This document shows positions 40,470 through 50,263 of a stretch of DNA of 64,000 nucleotides, in pieces. The DNA is taken from assembly GCA_963794325.1 (NCBI GenBank), contig CAWCDG010000002.1, positions 416,001-480,000 of the forward strand, given 5' to 3'. The translations under genes and the position numbers were made by a program. A model generated the notes under the pieces. The model did no database searches and was not told the DNA's origin. It worked only from the letters and a program-made list of their open reading frames with translations. Position 1 is the stretch's first letter; every line of letters starts with the position of its first letter. The stretch comes from an uncultured delta proteobacterium (GTDB lineage: Bacteria > Desulfobacterota > Binatia > Binatales > Binataceae).

Positions 40470-41180
40470 ATGAAGGCTGTCAGCCGTATCGTTTTGTGTC
40501 TGCTCGCCGTGTTTGTCGCAGCCGGATGCGCTTCGACCAACGTCACCCAGCAAACGCCCTTGAGTAGCCCGGGGCTCCCGCGACCCAATCAGATCTGGGT
40601 GTATAACTTCGTCGCAAATCCCGCTGACATGCCCGCAAACTCCTCGATCGGCGGCCAGGTCGGTGCGCCGAGCACGCCTCCGACGCCCGAGCAAATCCAG
40701 GAGGGCCGTCAGCTCGGCGCCCTCATCGCTCAGGAACTCGTCGCAGACATCAATGCGATGGGACTCTCCGCCATACAGGCCGGGCCGGGATCTTCGCCGC
40801 AAGTTGGCGACGGCGTGATCCGCGGTTATCTCGTATCGGTGCAGAGTGGGAGCGCAGTCCAGCGCTTCGTCATCGGATTCGGCGCTGGAACTTCGGAAAT
40901 GGACACGGTGGTGGAAGGCTATGCGGTCACGCCGCAAGGCTGGCGCAAACTCGGGTCGGGAACGCTTAGCTCCTCCGGGAACAAAACGCCGGGGATGGTC
41001 GTGCCTGCCGCAGTGGCGATTGCCACCGCCAACCCGATCGGCCTGATCGTTGTCGGCGGCGCGAAAATCTACGGCGAAACCAGTGGCAGGAGCGGACTCC
41101 AGGGTCGCGCGAAGGCGACTGCCGATCAAATCGCGGAGCAGCTCAAGTTGAGGTTCCAGGATCGCGGCTGGATCCAGTAA
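40470..41180 (+). CDS. Lipoprotein, DUF4410-like
   Basis: Lipobox VAAGC; IWVYNF, G....RFVIGFGAG; strong RBS AGGAGGAGG. Confidence 0.72.
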   Translation: MKAVSRIVLCLLAVFVAAGCASTNVTQQTPLSSPGLPRPNQIWVYNFVANPADMPANSSIGGQVGAPSTPPTPEQIQEGRQLGALIAQELVADINAMGLSAIQAGPGSSPQVGDGVIRGYLVSVQSGSAVQRFVIGFGAGTSEMDTVVEGYAVTPQGWRKLGSGTLSSSGNKTPGMVVPAAVAIATANPIGLIVVGGAKIYGETSGRSGLQGRAKATADQIAEQLKLRFQDRGWIQ

Positions 41181-41574
41181 CTTCAGATTCGGCGATTACG
41201 TGCGCGATCGCCTGAGCCGCCGTATGCGTGAGGCTCAGGTGAAATCGCGTGATCTGTTTGCGCTGTGCGAAGGCGGCGGCCTTGCCCGACAGCGCGATGG
41301 TCGGTGCTTTGCCGCGCTCGCGCACAACTTCGATTTCGCTCCATCCGACGTTGCGGTTCCATCCCGTGCCCATCGCCTTCATCGTCGCTTCCTTCGCCGC
41401 GAAACGCGCAGCATAGCTCTGGTAGCGGGGAAGCCCGCGCGACTCGCAATACTTGACCTCGCCGATCGTGAACACGCGGGCGCGAAAACGTTCGCCGGTT
41501 GCGGGCCTCGTTAGCGCGCGCTCGATGCGATCGACCTCGATGACGTCGATTCCGGTGCCTGCGATCTGGCTCAT
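41143..41574 (-). CDS. acpS: Holo-[acyl-carrier-protein] synthase
   Basis: GTGIDVIEVDRI, AARFAAKEA.MKAMGTG, HLSLTH. Confidence 0.93.
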   Translation of the reverse strand: MSQIAGTGIDVIEVDRIERALTRPATGERFRARVFTIGEVKYCESRGLPRYQSYAARFAAKEATMKAMGTGWNRNVGWSEIEVVRERGKAPTIALSGKAAAFAQRKQITRFHLSLTHTAAQAIAHVIAESEVTGSSRDPGTST

Positions 41575-41663
41575 CGCGAATGAGTATTAGCCGCGATGCG
41601 ATCGGATTCAATTGCGCGGGCTCGATGCGGATTCTATTGTTCATTCAGTACTCGGAGGAAGCG

Positions 41664-41894
41664 ATGGCGAAACTTTCGATCACTGTGAACAAGATCCGTT
41701 GCATCGGCAGCGGCGACTGCGTGGAAACGGCGCCGGCCGTGTTTCAACTCGACGCGGATGGCAAGTCCGAAGTCGTCAACCCGACTGGCGCGGGCGATTC
41801 GGTGATCATCTCGGCGGCGCGCTCGTGTCCGGTCAAGGCGATCACGGTCGTGGACGATACCGGCGTGCAGCTCTTCCCGCCGCCGAAAAAGTAG
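41664..41894 (+). CDS. Single-cluster ferredoxin (probably 3Fe-4S)
   Basis: CIGSGDC...AP.VF...AARSCPVKAI; GGAGG RBS. Confidence 0.88.
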   Translation: MAKLSITVNKIRCIGSGDCVETAPAVFQLDADGKSEVVNPTGAGDSVIISAARSCPVKAITVVDDTGVQLFPPPKK

Positions 41895-41909
41895 ACGACG
41901 GACCCAAAA

Positions 41910-42401
41910 GTGGCGATACGCAAGCATCGCGCCGGCGAGCTGGTAATCGAGCAGACCCGCGATTTCACGATCGTGCGGGCGATGCTGGCGCGCGGCGGCT
42001 TGACGACCGAAGGAATCGAATGGCCCGCCGCGTGCTATCTCGTCGCCTATTTCGGCGATGACCCAGTCGGCGTGATCGGAATCGAGCCGAAGATCGACGC
42101 GGCACTGATACGCTCGCTGTACGTGGATGAATCGATGCGCCGACGCGGCATCGGCGCGTCGCTAATTGCGGCGGCGCGCAAGGCGGCGCATACGCGTGGC
42201 GCGCGTCATCTGTATTGTTTCAGCGCCGAGGCTGCGTCGCTGTTTGATCGTCACGGTTTCAGAGTGGTTCCCGTCGGAGATGTCCTCGGAGCTTTGCCTG
42301 GAGTTCCTGAAGTCGAGTTCTTTCTCGCTCGGCCGGACGAGCTTGCGCGTGAGGTCGCGTACCATCTGGATATTTCGAGGGATGGTGTGATCGAGCGTTA
42401 G
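41910..42401 (+). CDS. GNAT-family N-acetyltransferase
   Basis: LIRSLYVDESMRRRGIGASL, FDRHGF. Confidence 0.85.
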   Translation: MAIRKHRAGELVIEQTRDFTIVRAMLARGGLTTEGIEWPAACYLVAYFGDDPVGVIGIEPKIDAALIRSLYVDESMRRRGIGASLIAAARKAAHTRGARHLYCFSAEAASLFDRHGFRVVPVGDVLGALPGVPEVEFFLARPDELAREVAYHLDISRDGVIER

Positions 42402-42402
42402 G

Positions 42403-43119
42403 CTACTTCGCTGGAACATAGCGGCCGAGATACCTGCCCTTCTCACTTGTCACGATCAGGTACGGATTCCACTTCAGCAACCGCGTGGCAAGGCGCGGCG
42501 TCATGTCGGGGCGGATTGTCTGTGGATTCGAGTTCATCGCATCGAGCGCGCGCGGCGACGGTCCAGCTTGGTCGATCGTCCCGAGCAGCACTCCGTCTGA
42601 ATTGAGCACCACGGCGCGCGGCGCCGAGTAATGGGCCGCGGCCGGATCGACGGAATCGTCGGGGCCAAGGCGCGCGAGATCATCGCTCATGAATTCGGCG
42701 ATCCGCACGCGGTCCGAGTAATGAATCCAGAACGATCGCAGGCCAGGCGCAAGGTTGTTCACGAAATATCGAAGCGCGCGCAGCCGCTCTGAGAGCGGAG
42801 CTGGCGGATCCATCGGCAATCCACGAATCATCCAATCGACTTTGCCGCGGAAGTAGTGGCGGACCTCGGTGAAGCTGATCAATTCGAGCTGCGCCGCAGC
42901 TCTCGCGCTCAGATCTCACAAGGAGTCGCGGCAATAGGCGACCACCGGGCAGTTGCTGTCGAGCAAATTCGGGGCATCGAGCAGGATGCGGCCGACAGGA
43001 AGATGAATCGCGCCGCGAATGTGCGTTCTCCGGTATTCGTGCGAGGGCAGAACGTCGACGATCTGCACTGCGCGAGCGGCGAGCATCGCGGAGAGTTCAC
43101 GATGCCGGATTTCACGCAC
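42403..43119 (-). CDS. Rhodanese-CBS domain protein with in-frame TGA (candidate selenoprotein, 238 aa)
   Basis: ORFs 42916-43119 and 42403-42882 share one frame: ...VDVLPSHEY...HIRGAIHLP...VVAYCRDSL-TGA-DLSARAAAQLELISFTEVRHYFRGKVDW..GLP, followed by a CBS-like pair. Confidence 0.8.
42877..42915 (-). promoter_or_regulatory. Putative bacterial SECIS element
   Basis: mRNA after UGA: GAUCUGAGCGCGA-GAGCUGC-GGC-GCAGCUC-GAAUUGAUC. Perfect 7-bp stem with a G-initiated loop 20 nt after UGA. Confidence 0.65.
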
Positions 43120-43121
43120 GT

Positions 43122-44483
43122 CTAGCGCCGCATTGCGGCCAGCGCATCGAGCGCGGTTTGCACGATGGTCTCGCCGCTGCCGGCGGCGATGCGCGCCGTC
43201 TCGACTTCGTAACCGCGCTCGGGGTACGCGGCTCGGGTAGGAATGTAGCCGATGAGATCGTTGCAGTATCCGGCGACGAAAGTTTGCGCGAAGTGCGGGT
43301 TAGCTTTTATCGCGAGGCCGAGCTCGACGAAGAGTTCGCCCGGGATGCCGACTATTGCGATGTCGCCGACTGTGACGACGGTGATCGCGGTTGCGAGTTC
43401 GTGCCGCTCGATGTTGACGCGGCGGTCGCGGTGATTTTGCTCCTCGATGGCTTCCAGAGCGGCCAGCGAGGTCAGCGATTGCGCGTGATGGTCGCGCAGG
43501 CGCTTCAGTTGATAGCCGTCGCCGCCGCGATGGTTGTCGAGCGAGGATTGGGTCTGCGCGGCGCAAGCGCGTGCGGTCGCGAGATCGGCGTCGTTGTCCT
43601 TGAGCGCGAGCTTCAGCGGGATCCGGCGCGCCGCGATGCGCGCGTCGGCGATCGAGTGCGCATGCTCAAGCGCGTCGAAGCTGCCTCGACCCATCGCGCG
43701 GCCGTTGTTTTCCGCGACTTCGAAATTGCCGCGGCTGCGCGGATCGACGTTGCCGGTCGCACCCTGGATGAAAATCGAAACTGGTCGCGGGCCGCCGGCG
43801 GAAGCCGCGGATGCGATTTCGTCCATCGCGAAGCCAGGCCAGTCGCGCGAGTAGAGCAGATTGTCCTCGCACAGCACGACGCCGTGGCACGGATAGTTCA
43901 TCAGGGTCGCGATTGCACTGCCGTCCGCGCGGTATGCGCCGAGTACCGACGCTTGCGAATCGGCCGGACCGGAGTGGTTGGCGGCTATCTGAATCTGATG
44001 GCTCGGGCGCAGCAGCCGGCGATGAGTGCCGAGCGTGAACGGTGCAGCCGCCGCGCGGATCGTTGCGCGTTCGAGATTGGCGTTCGCCTCGATGATTGCG
44101 TCAGCAATCATGCCCGGCAGCGCGCGTTCCCATTCCAGGTCGCGGCCCTCGGAGGGCTTCGCGTCCGGGCGAGGGGTCGCGAAAATATTGAAGGCGGGCG
44201 CGGAGTGAGTATGAGTGGCGCAGACCAGGATCGAATCGGCCGGGATGTCGGTTTTTGCGGCCACGCGATTGCGGATGTCGTCGGCGATGCGGATCCCGAT
44301 CGCGAGCACATCGACGCCCGCGATTGCGATCTTGTTCTTGCCGTCGCTCAGCACGATCGCCTGCGCGGCGAGGTCGTCGTGTACGCCTGCGTTCAGGCCC
44401 ACTCGATTGCCATAACCGAGCATCGCGAGTCCGACCGGCGGTTCGAGTTTCACGCGCGCGGCGCCGGCATAGAGCGCACTCAT
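43122..44483 (-). CDS. Neutral/alkaline ceramidase-like amidohydrolase
   Basis: PPVG..MLGY..R...GVHDDL, ATHTHSAP, NYPCHG, SRDWPG, QGATGNVDP, IPGELF, GYIPT; ATGA overlap with the upstream DegT gene. Confidence 0.8.
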   Translation of the reverse strand: MSALYAGAARVKLEPPVGLAMLGYGNRVGLNAGVHDDLAAQAIVLSDGKNKIAIAGVDVLAIGIRIADDIRNRVAAKTDIPADSILVCATHTHSAPAFNIFATPRPDAKPSEGRDLEWERALPGMIADAIIEANANLERATIRAAAAPFTLGTHRRLLRPSHQIQIAANHSGPADSQASVLGAYRADGSAIATLMNYPCHGVVLCEDNLLYSRDWPGFAMDEIASAASAGGPRPVSIFIQGATGNVDPRSRGNFEVAENNGRAMGRGSFDALEHAHSIADARIAARRIPLKLALKDNDADLATARACAAQTQSSLDNHRGGDGYQLKRLRDHHAQSLTSLAALEAIEEQNHRDRRVNIERHELATAITVVTVGDIAIVGIPGELFVELGLAIKANPHFAQTFVAGYCNDLIGYIPTRAAYPERGYEVETARIAAGSGETIVQTALDALAAMRR

Positions 44484-45730
44484 TTCAGTTTGGCCGAGGC
44501 GATCTCGGCTGCTCCGGAAGCCACTTTGGCGGCCGCGCCGACAATGTCGTCGAAATCGCGGTCGCCGCCGAGCAGGCATTCATGCGGTATCGATACGAGC
44601 GCACGCTCGAACAACCGCTCGGCAACGGGGCAATCGATCGAGATGTTATCGGGATTTGCGCCGGCGAGTTCACACGCTTTGCGATACGCGGCGGACTCGC
44701 GCGGGAACAGTGACGATCGATAGACCGGATCGTTGGACACGCCGCATGGGATGCCTTCAGCACGCAACGCCCGCACGAAGCGATTGCGCGAGAGGCCGAG
44801 CGTGGTCTCATCGACCATGAAAACGAAAGCGTAGATCGTCTCGCGAGTGACGCGTGGATCGCGAGCGACGGGACTCAGTCCCTTGATTGCTGCGAGGCCC
44901 TTACGCAGCCGGGCGGCGGCGCGGCTCTTGTGCTCGATCTGATCCGGCAGGCGCGCAAGCTGCGCGAGCAGGATGCCGCACTGCCATTCCGTCATCCGGT
45001 AATTCGCGCCCATCAGCGGGCCCTCGAAATCGTCGTCGGGGCGGCGGCGTCCGCAATTGATGAGTGACTGGCATCGCTGCTCGAGTTCGGAGTCGTTGGT
45101 GGTGATCATTCCGCCTTCGCCCGCCGTCATCGGCTTCGAGGATTGAAAACTGAAGCATCCGAGAGCGCCGTGAGTTCCGACGCCTCGATCGCGGAACTGA
45201 GCGCCCGGGACATGCGCGCAATCCTCGACGATCGGAATCGAATGCGCGCGCGAAATTTCTGCGAGTGCGTCGAGATCCGCGAGTGACGCGCCGTAGTGGA
45301 CGGGGATGATCGCTTTAGTGCGCCGCGTGATCAGGCGCTTGACGGATTCGGGATCGATGCATGCGTTGACGGCGCTTACGTCGGCGAACACCGGACGCGC
45401 CATACATGCGATCGCTGCGTAAGGGGTCGCGGCGAAAGTGATTGCGGGGACGATGACCTCGTCGCCGGCTCCGATGCCGAGTGCTTTGAGCGCGACCTCG
45501 AGTGCACTGGTGCCGGACGTGGTCGGGATCGCGAAGCGCGCGTTCTGATATGCGGCGAATGCGGCGGCGAACTCACTGGCCTTGCGATTCGGGCTGGGAT
45601 ACCCACCCCAGCTTTGCGACGTGAGTACATCTTCGAGCTGCGCGCGTTCGCGAGCGTCGAAGACCGGCCACGCCGGGAAGGGGAGGGTGCGAAGCGGCTG
45701 TCCGCCAAGGATTGCGAGCGTCGAGGGCAT
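44480..45730 (-). CDS. DegT/DnrJ/EryC1/StrS PLP aminotransferase
   Basis: SGTSAL, GIGAGDEVIVP, EDCAH, FSFQSSKPMTAGEGG, GANYRM. Confidence 0.92.
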   Translation of the reverse strand: MPSTLAILGGQPLRTLPFPAWPVFDARERAQLEDVLTSQSWGGYPSPNRKASEFAAAFAAYQNARFAIPTTSGTSALEVALKALGIGAGDEVIVPAITFAATPYAAIACMARPVFADVSAVNACIDPESVKRLITRRTKAIIPVHYGASLADLDALAEISRAHSIPIVEDCAHVPGAQFRDRGVGTHGALGCFSFQSSKPMTAGEGGMITTNDSELEQRCQSLINCGRRRPDDDFEGPLMGANYRMTEWQCGILLAQLARLPDQIEHKSRAAARLRKGLAAIKGLSPVARDPRVTRETIYAFVFMVDETTLGLSRNRFVRALRAEGIPCGVSNDPVYRSSLFPRESAAYRKACELAGANPDNISIDCPVAERLFERALVSIPHECLLGGDRDFDDIVGAAAKVASGAAEIASAKLK

Positions 45731-45735
45731 CAGCA

Positions 45736-45769
45736 ATTAAAGTTAAACGATTACTTTAATATTAAGTAA
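45736..45769. promoter_or_regulatory. AT-rich overlapping inverted repeats (candidate operator)
   Basis: ATTAAAGT-N9-ACTTTAAT (45736-45760) and TTACTT-N7-AAGTAA (45751-45769), immediately upstream of the DegT start. Confidence 0.45.
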
Positions 45770-45795
45770 AATCACTCTGGTTCCCCTCCCACTCT

Positions 45796-45834
45796 GGTTC
45801 CCCTTCCCACTATGGGAAGGGGTTAGGGGTTAGG
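45796..45834 (+). repeat. Family B repeat
   Basis: GGTTCCCCTTCCC-ACTAT-GGGAAGGGGTTAGGGGTTAGG, preceded by a partial tandem copy. Confidence 0.85.
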
Positions 45835-45842
45835 TTGTCCGC

Positions 45843-46142
45843 CTACTTGCGCGCCACTTCTGCGAGGATCGAAATTTCCGGCCGGCCTGCAAGCAGCGCG
45901 CCGATCTTGCCGCCGAACTTTTTCATATGATCGGTCTTGCCGTGCGCGTCGAGTGCGGCCTGATCCTGGTAAACCTCGTAGTAGATGAACTCCGTGGGAT
46001 CCTTGGTGTTCTTGTGGAGCACGTAGGACAGCGTGCCGGGCTCGGCGGTTTTCACCGTCGCGATCATTTCCTTGCCCGCGGCCTCGAACTCGGCATCCTT
46101 GCCGGGCTGCACTTTCAGTTTCGCAATTACGGTAATCGGCAT
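45843..46142 (-). CDS. ABM-family protein (putative quinol monooxygenase)
   Basis: ITVIAKLKVQPGK, EPGTLSY, YEVYQDQAALDAH; GGAG RBS. Confidence 0.88.
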   Translation of the reverse strand: MPITVIAKLKVQPGKDAEFEAAGKEMIATVKTAEPGTLSYVLHKNTKDPTEFIYYEVYQDQAALDAHGKTDHMKKFGGKIGALLAGRPEISILAEVARK

Positions 46143-46301
46143 CGTCGGTCTCCTTCGAATTTCAGACTCATCTACCCTCGTATCGACATGCGCGCGGTTT
46201 TTCAAGGCGAATCGATCCGCGCCCGGCGGTCTTTCATTGTGCCGCGTGGTCGGTTAACGGTGAAAAGCCAAAAGCGAGATCGATCAGGGGAGAATATCAC
46301 G

Positions 46302-47444
46302 ATGCTTGGTTTTGATTTGACTGACGAGCAGATCGAACTGAAACAACTGGCGCATAAGTTCGCCGAGCAGGAAATAATTCCACGCGCGCGCGAATACGAC
46401 GAGAAAGAAATCTTTCCGGTCGACGTGTGCGAGAAGGCGTTCGCCGCAGGCCTGATGAACTTCGGAGTCCCGAAAGAGATGGGCGGCCCGGGACTCGGCG
46501 TGCTCGACACCAGCCTGATCGTCGAGGAGCTGAACTACGGATGCGCCGGAATCTCGAACGCGATCGGAGCCAATGACCTCGCGACGCTGCCGATTCTGAT
46601 CGCGGGCAACGACGATCAGAAGCGGACCTACCTCGGCCAGTTAATCAAGAAGCTGACCTTCTGCGCGTTCGCGATCACGGAGCCGGGTGCGGGCTCGGAC
46701 GTCGCCGCAATGAGCACGACCTACCGGCGCGAGGGCGACGAGTACATCCTCAACGGCACCAAGCATTTCATCTCGAACGGCTCGCGCGCGGATTGGTACG
46801 TCACGTTTGCGACCTCGGACAAGCGCCTTAAGCACAAGGGAATATCGTGCTTCGTGTTTCCGTCGAACGTGCCGGGAATCACGCGCAACCGGATGCATGG
46901 AAAGCTCGGGCAGCGCGCGGCTGACACCGGAGAAATCTTTTACGAGGACGTGCGGATTCCCGCCAGCGCGCTGGTCGGTCGCGAGGGCGAGGGCTTCAAG
47001 TACGCGATGGCGACCTTCGATCACAGCCGCCCCGAGATTGGCGCGATCGCGATTGGGATTGCGCAGCGTGCACTCGACGAATGCCTCAAGTACTCGAAGC
47101 AACGGACCGCGTTCGGGCAGCCGATCGCGAACTTCCAGGCGATCCAGTTCATGATGGCCGACATGGCGATCCAGATCGAAGCGATGCGGCTGCTCACCTA
47201 CAAAGCCGCATGGCTGGTCGATAAGGGCGAGGGCGCGAATACGATTTCCGCTTACGCGAAGGCCTTCAGCGCCGACGCAACGATGGAGATCACGACCAAC
47301 GCGGTGCAGATTTTCGGCGGTTATGGATACATGAAGGAGTATCCCGTCGAGAAGCTGATGCGCGACGCGAAGCTGTTACAGATCTATGAGGGCACGTCGC
47401 AAATCCAACGCGTCGTAATCGCGCGGAATCTGTTGAAGGAGTGA
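46302..47444 (+). CDS. Acyl-CoA dehydrogenase
   Basis: FAITEPGAGSD, LNGTKHFISNG, FQAIQFMMADM, QIFGGYGY, RDAKLLQIYEGTSQIQR. Confidence 0.95.
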   Translation: MLGFDLTDEQIELKQLAHKFAEQEIIPRAREYDEKEIFPVDVCEKAFAAGLMNFGVPKEMGGPGLGVLDTSLIVEELNYGCAGISNAIGANDLATLPILIAGNDDQKRTYLGQLIKKLTFCAFAITEPGAGSDVAAMSTTYRREGDEYILNGTKHFISNGSRADWYVTFATSDKRLKHKGISCFVFPSNVPGITRNRMHGKLGQRAADTGEIFYEDVRIPASALVGREGEGFKYAMATFDHSRPEIGAIAIGIAQRALDECLKYSKQRTAFGQPIANFQAIQFMMADMAIQIEAMRLLTYKAAWLVDKGEGANTISAYAKAFSADATMEITTNAVQIFGGYGYMKEYPVEKLMRDAKLLQIYEGTSQIQRVVIARNLLKE

Positions 47445-47449
47445 ACTGA

Positions 47450-47553
47450 AGAACTTTGTTGAATGTGAAACCCTTCGCGGGTTTCACGCTTCCGCGGCAG
47501 GGGTGACCCCTGCACCCAGTATTAAAAAACATGCGCGCGACGACTACGCGCGT
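47450..47553 (-). repeat. Family A repeat, copy 2 (inverted)
   Basis: Reverse complement of the GCAGGGG/CCCCTGC and GTGAAACCC/GGGTTTCAC hairpins; the first hairpin is replaced by a different GC stem. Confidence 0.88.
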
Positions 47554-47564
47554 TCCCACAATCC

Positions 47565-47602
47565 GGTTCCCCTTCCCGCGCGGGAAGGGGTTAGGGGTTA
47601 GG
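47565..47602 (+). repeat. Family B repeat
   Basis: GGTTCCCCTTCCC-GCGC-GGGAAGGGGTTAGGGGTTAGG. Confidence 0.85.
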
Positions 47603-47636
47603 TTCTTCGCGCGTGCGCGCGGTTCAAGATTCCGCG

Positions 47637-47930
47637 TTATTCCGCAGGTGGCGCGCCGCCCTGCTCGACGGGATGCGGAATCGGGGGGTCCTGGTCCGCG
47701 GGTTCTTTACCTGTGACGGATCCGACGTAGCCGCCCTGGTGATAGACGTCCACCTGGCCGGTGGTCGGGTCGGGCAGCAAATTCCATTCGTCAGGCGGCG
47801 GCGGATTTGGATCGGGCGGCATATAGACAATCGACTGTGGGGCAGGCGCCGGCGGCGGTTTCGCGGCGCATCCCGCGATCGCGATGGATAAAATTACAGG
47901 GAACGCGGCTCGCGAAATTCTTGCATTCAT
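47637..47930 (-). CDS. Small Pro-rich lipoprotein
   Basis: Lipobox IAGC after a hydrophobic stretch. Confidence 0.65.
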   Translation of the reverse strand: MNARISRAAFPVILSIAIAGCAAKPPPAPAPQSIVYMPPDPNPPPPDEWNLLPDPTTGQVDVYHQGGYVGSVTGKEPADQDPPIPHPVEQGGAPPAE

Positions 47931-48024
47931 GATGGCTGCTGAATCGCGCAAAAGAAAGGATTGCGATTATTGTGTCGCCAGATTGAACCGATCGCAAGTG
48001 CGATTTAAGCAGCCGCGGCGAGGG

Positions 48025-48966
48025 TTATTTCTGCGGGAGGCCGAGCACTTCGCGGAAGTGTTGAATGGTTTTTTCGAGGCCGGGCCGCAGCGCGGTGTGC
48101 GGCTCCCATCCTAGGACTTTTTTTGCGAGCTCGATATTTGGTTTGCGACGGACCGGATCGTCGGCGCGCGGATTCTTGAGCACTACCTTCGACGAGCTGC
48201 CCGAAAGCTGGATCGCCAGCTTGGCGAGCTCCTCCATCGTGAATTCATCCGGATTGCCGATGTTTACCGGACCGACGTGCGTGTCCTGATTCATCATGCG
48301 TACCAGCGCGTCGATAATGTCATCGACGTACGCAAACGATCGCGTTGATTTGCCGTTGCCGTAAATTTCCAGATTTTCGCCGCGCAATGCAGCAACGCAG
48401 AAGTTCGAAACCACGCGGCCATCGTTGATCGCCATCCGCGGGCCGTACGTGTTGAAGATGCGGACGATCCGGGTGTCGACGTTGTTCTGCCGGTGATAGT
48501 CCATCATCAGGCATTCGGCCACGCGCTTGCCCTCGTCGTAGCATGAGCGCACGCCGATCGGATTGACGTTGCCCCAGTACGACTCGGTCTGCGGATGCTC
48601 CTCGGGATCGCCGTAAACTTCGCTGGTCGAAGTGAGCAGGATGCGCGCGTGCACCCGCTTGGCCAGCCCGAGCATGTTAATCGTGCCCATCACGGAAGTC
48701 TTGATGGTCTTCACCGGGTTGTACTGGTAATGCACGGGCGATGCGGGACACGCGAGGCTGAAGATGCGATCGACTTCGAGCAGGATTGGCTCGACTACGT
48801 CGTGGCGGATGAATTCGAAGTTCCGGTTGCCGAGCAAGTGCATGATGTTGGCGCGCTTGCCGCTGAAAAAATTGTCGAGGCAGATGACTTCCTGGCCGTC
48901 GTTCAGTAAGCGCTCACATAGATGAGAGCCGAGGAATCCTGCGCCGCCGGTTACCAGTGTTCGCAC
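48025..48966 (-). CDS. UDP-glucuronate decarboxylase (NAD-dependent epimerase/dehydratase family)
   Basis: GTG start with GGAGG RBS; [43 protein letters not shown]. Confidence 0.92.
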   Translation of the reverse strand: MRTLVTGGAGFLGSHLCERLLNDGQEVICLDNFFSGKRANIMHLLGNRNFEFIRHDVVEPILLEVDRIFSLACPASPVHYQYNPVKTIKTSVMGTINMLGLAKRVHARILLTSTSEVYGDPEEHPQTESYWGNVNPIGVRSCYDEGKRVAECLMMDYHRQNNVDTRIVRIFNTYGPRMAINDGRVVSNFCVAALRGENLEIYGNGKSTRSFAYVDDIIDALVRMMNQDTHVGPVNIGNPDEFTMEELAKLAIQLSGSSSKVVLKNPRADDPVRRKPNIELAKKVLGWEPHTALRPGLEKTIQHFREVLGLPQK

Positions 48967-48980
48967 GGGGGCCTCCCTGC

Positions 48981-50163
48981 TCAGCGGCGGTTTTCGCGCG
49001 CGATGGCGCGAACGGTTTCGATAACGTAGGCGACGTCCTCGTCGGTCATCGCGGCGTAGATTGGAAGCGACAAGCATCGGCTGAAAATGTCTTCGGCCAC
49101 CGGAAAATCGCCGTCGCGATAACCGTACATGCGCTGATAGTAGTGCATCGTATGCAGTGGGATGCAGTGCACCGAGCATCCGACGCCGCGCTCGCGCAGA
49201 ATCTCGACGAACTGATTGCGCCCGATCTTCAGGCGCTCGGGACGGATGCGCAGCACATAGAGATGCCAGGCGTGCTCGATGCCGGGCTCGGAATACGCGG
49301 CCTGCAGCGCGTCGTCGCCGCGGAAGGCCTCGTTGTAGGCGCGCGCGATTTCGCCGCGTCGCCGCATGAAGTCGTCGGCGCGCTTGAGCTGAGCCAATCC
49401 GATCGCGGCGTGCACGTCGGACAGGTTGTACTTGAAGCCCATGTCGTGGATTTCGTAATACCACGAGCCGCTCTTGTCGTAGCGCTTCCACGCGTCCTTG
49501 TTCATCCCGTGCAAACTGGCGACCGCGATTTTTTCCGCGAGCGCATCGTCGGACGTGGTGATCATGCCGCCCTCGGCGGTGGTGAAATTCTTGGTGGCGT
49601 AGAAAGCTGAAGCATGTGAGGTCGCCGATCGTGCCGATTTTCGCCATCCCGCGGCCGTCCATATGGCGCGCGGATCCGGCCGCGTGCGCGGCGTCCTCGA
49701 CGACTTTCAAATCGTAGCTGTGCGCGATGTTGAGGATCCGATCCATGTCGCAGGCGTGCCCGGCGAAGTGCACCGGCAGGATCGCGCGGACTCGTTTGTG
49801 CGCGCCGCTCTCGAGCGCCTCCTCGATGCGCGCGGGATTGATGTTGAAGGTTCCGGGATCGACGTCGACGAACACCGGCCGCGCGCCCAGGTAGCCGAGA
49901 ATCTCGGCGGTCGCGGTGAAGGTGAACGGCGTCGTGATAACCTCGTCACCGGGCCCGATGCCCAGCGCCCACAACGAGAGATGAAGCGCGCCGGTGCAAT
50001 GCGACAGCGCGAGCGCGTGCTTCGCGCCGACGTACTCCGCGAATTCGCTCTCGAAGCGCTTGGCCTTGGGGCCGGTGGTGATCCATCCGGAGCGCAGCGT
50101 GTCGAGAACCTCGCGCTCCTCGTCGGGTCCGATCGACGGACGATGAAATGCTATTTGTCGCAT
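48981..50163 (-). CDS. DegT-family sugar aminotransferase (one +1 frameshift near 49604)
   Basis: [25 protein letters not shown]. Removing one T restores [16 protein letters not shown], continuing into GFKYNLSD...LSLP. Confidence 0.88.
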
Positions 50164-50263
50164 CGTGTGTGATTCAGTGAAAAGTTGAATTCGGCGCAGT
50201 CCCGTTCGCGGGTCAGTTTCGGAGTATAAAGGATACGTCAAAACGGGAGCAAGGCAGGACTCG

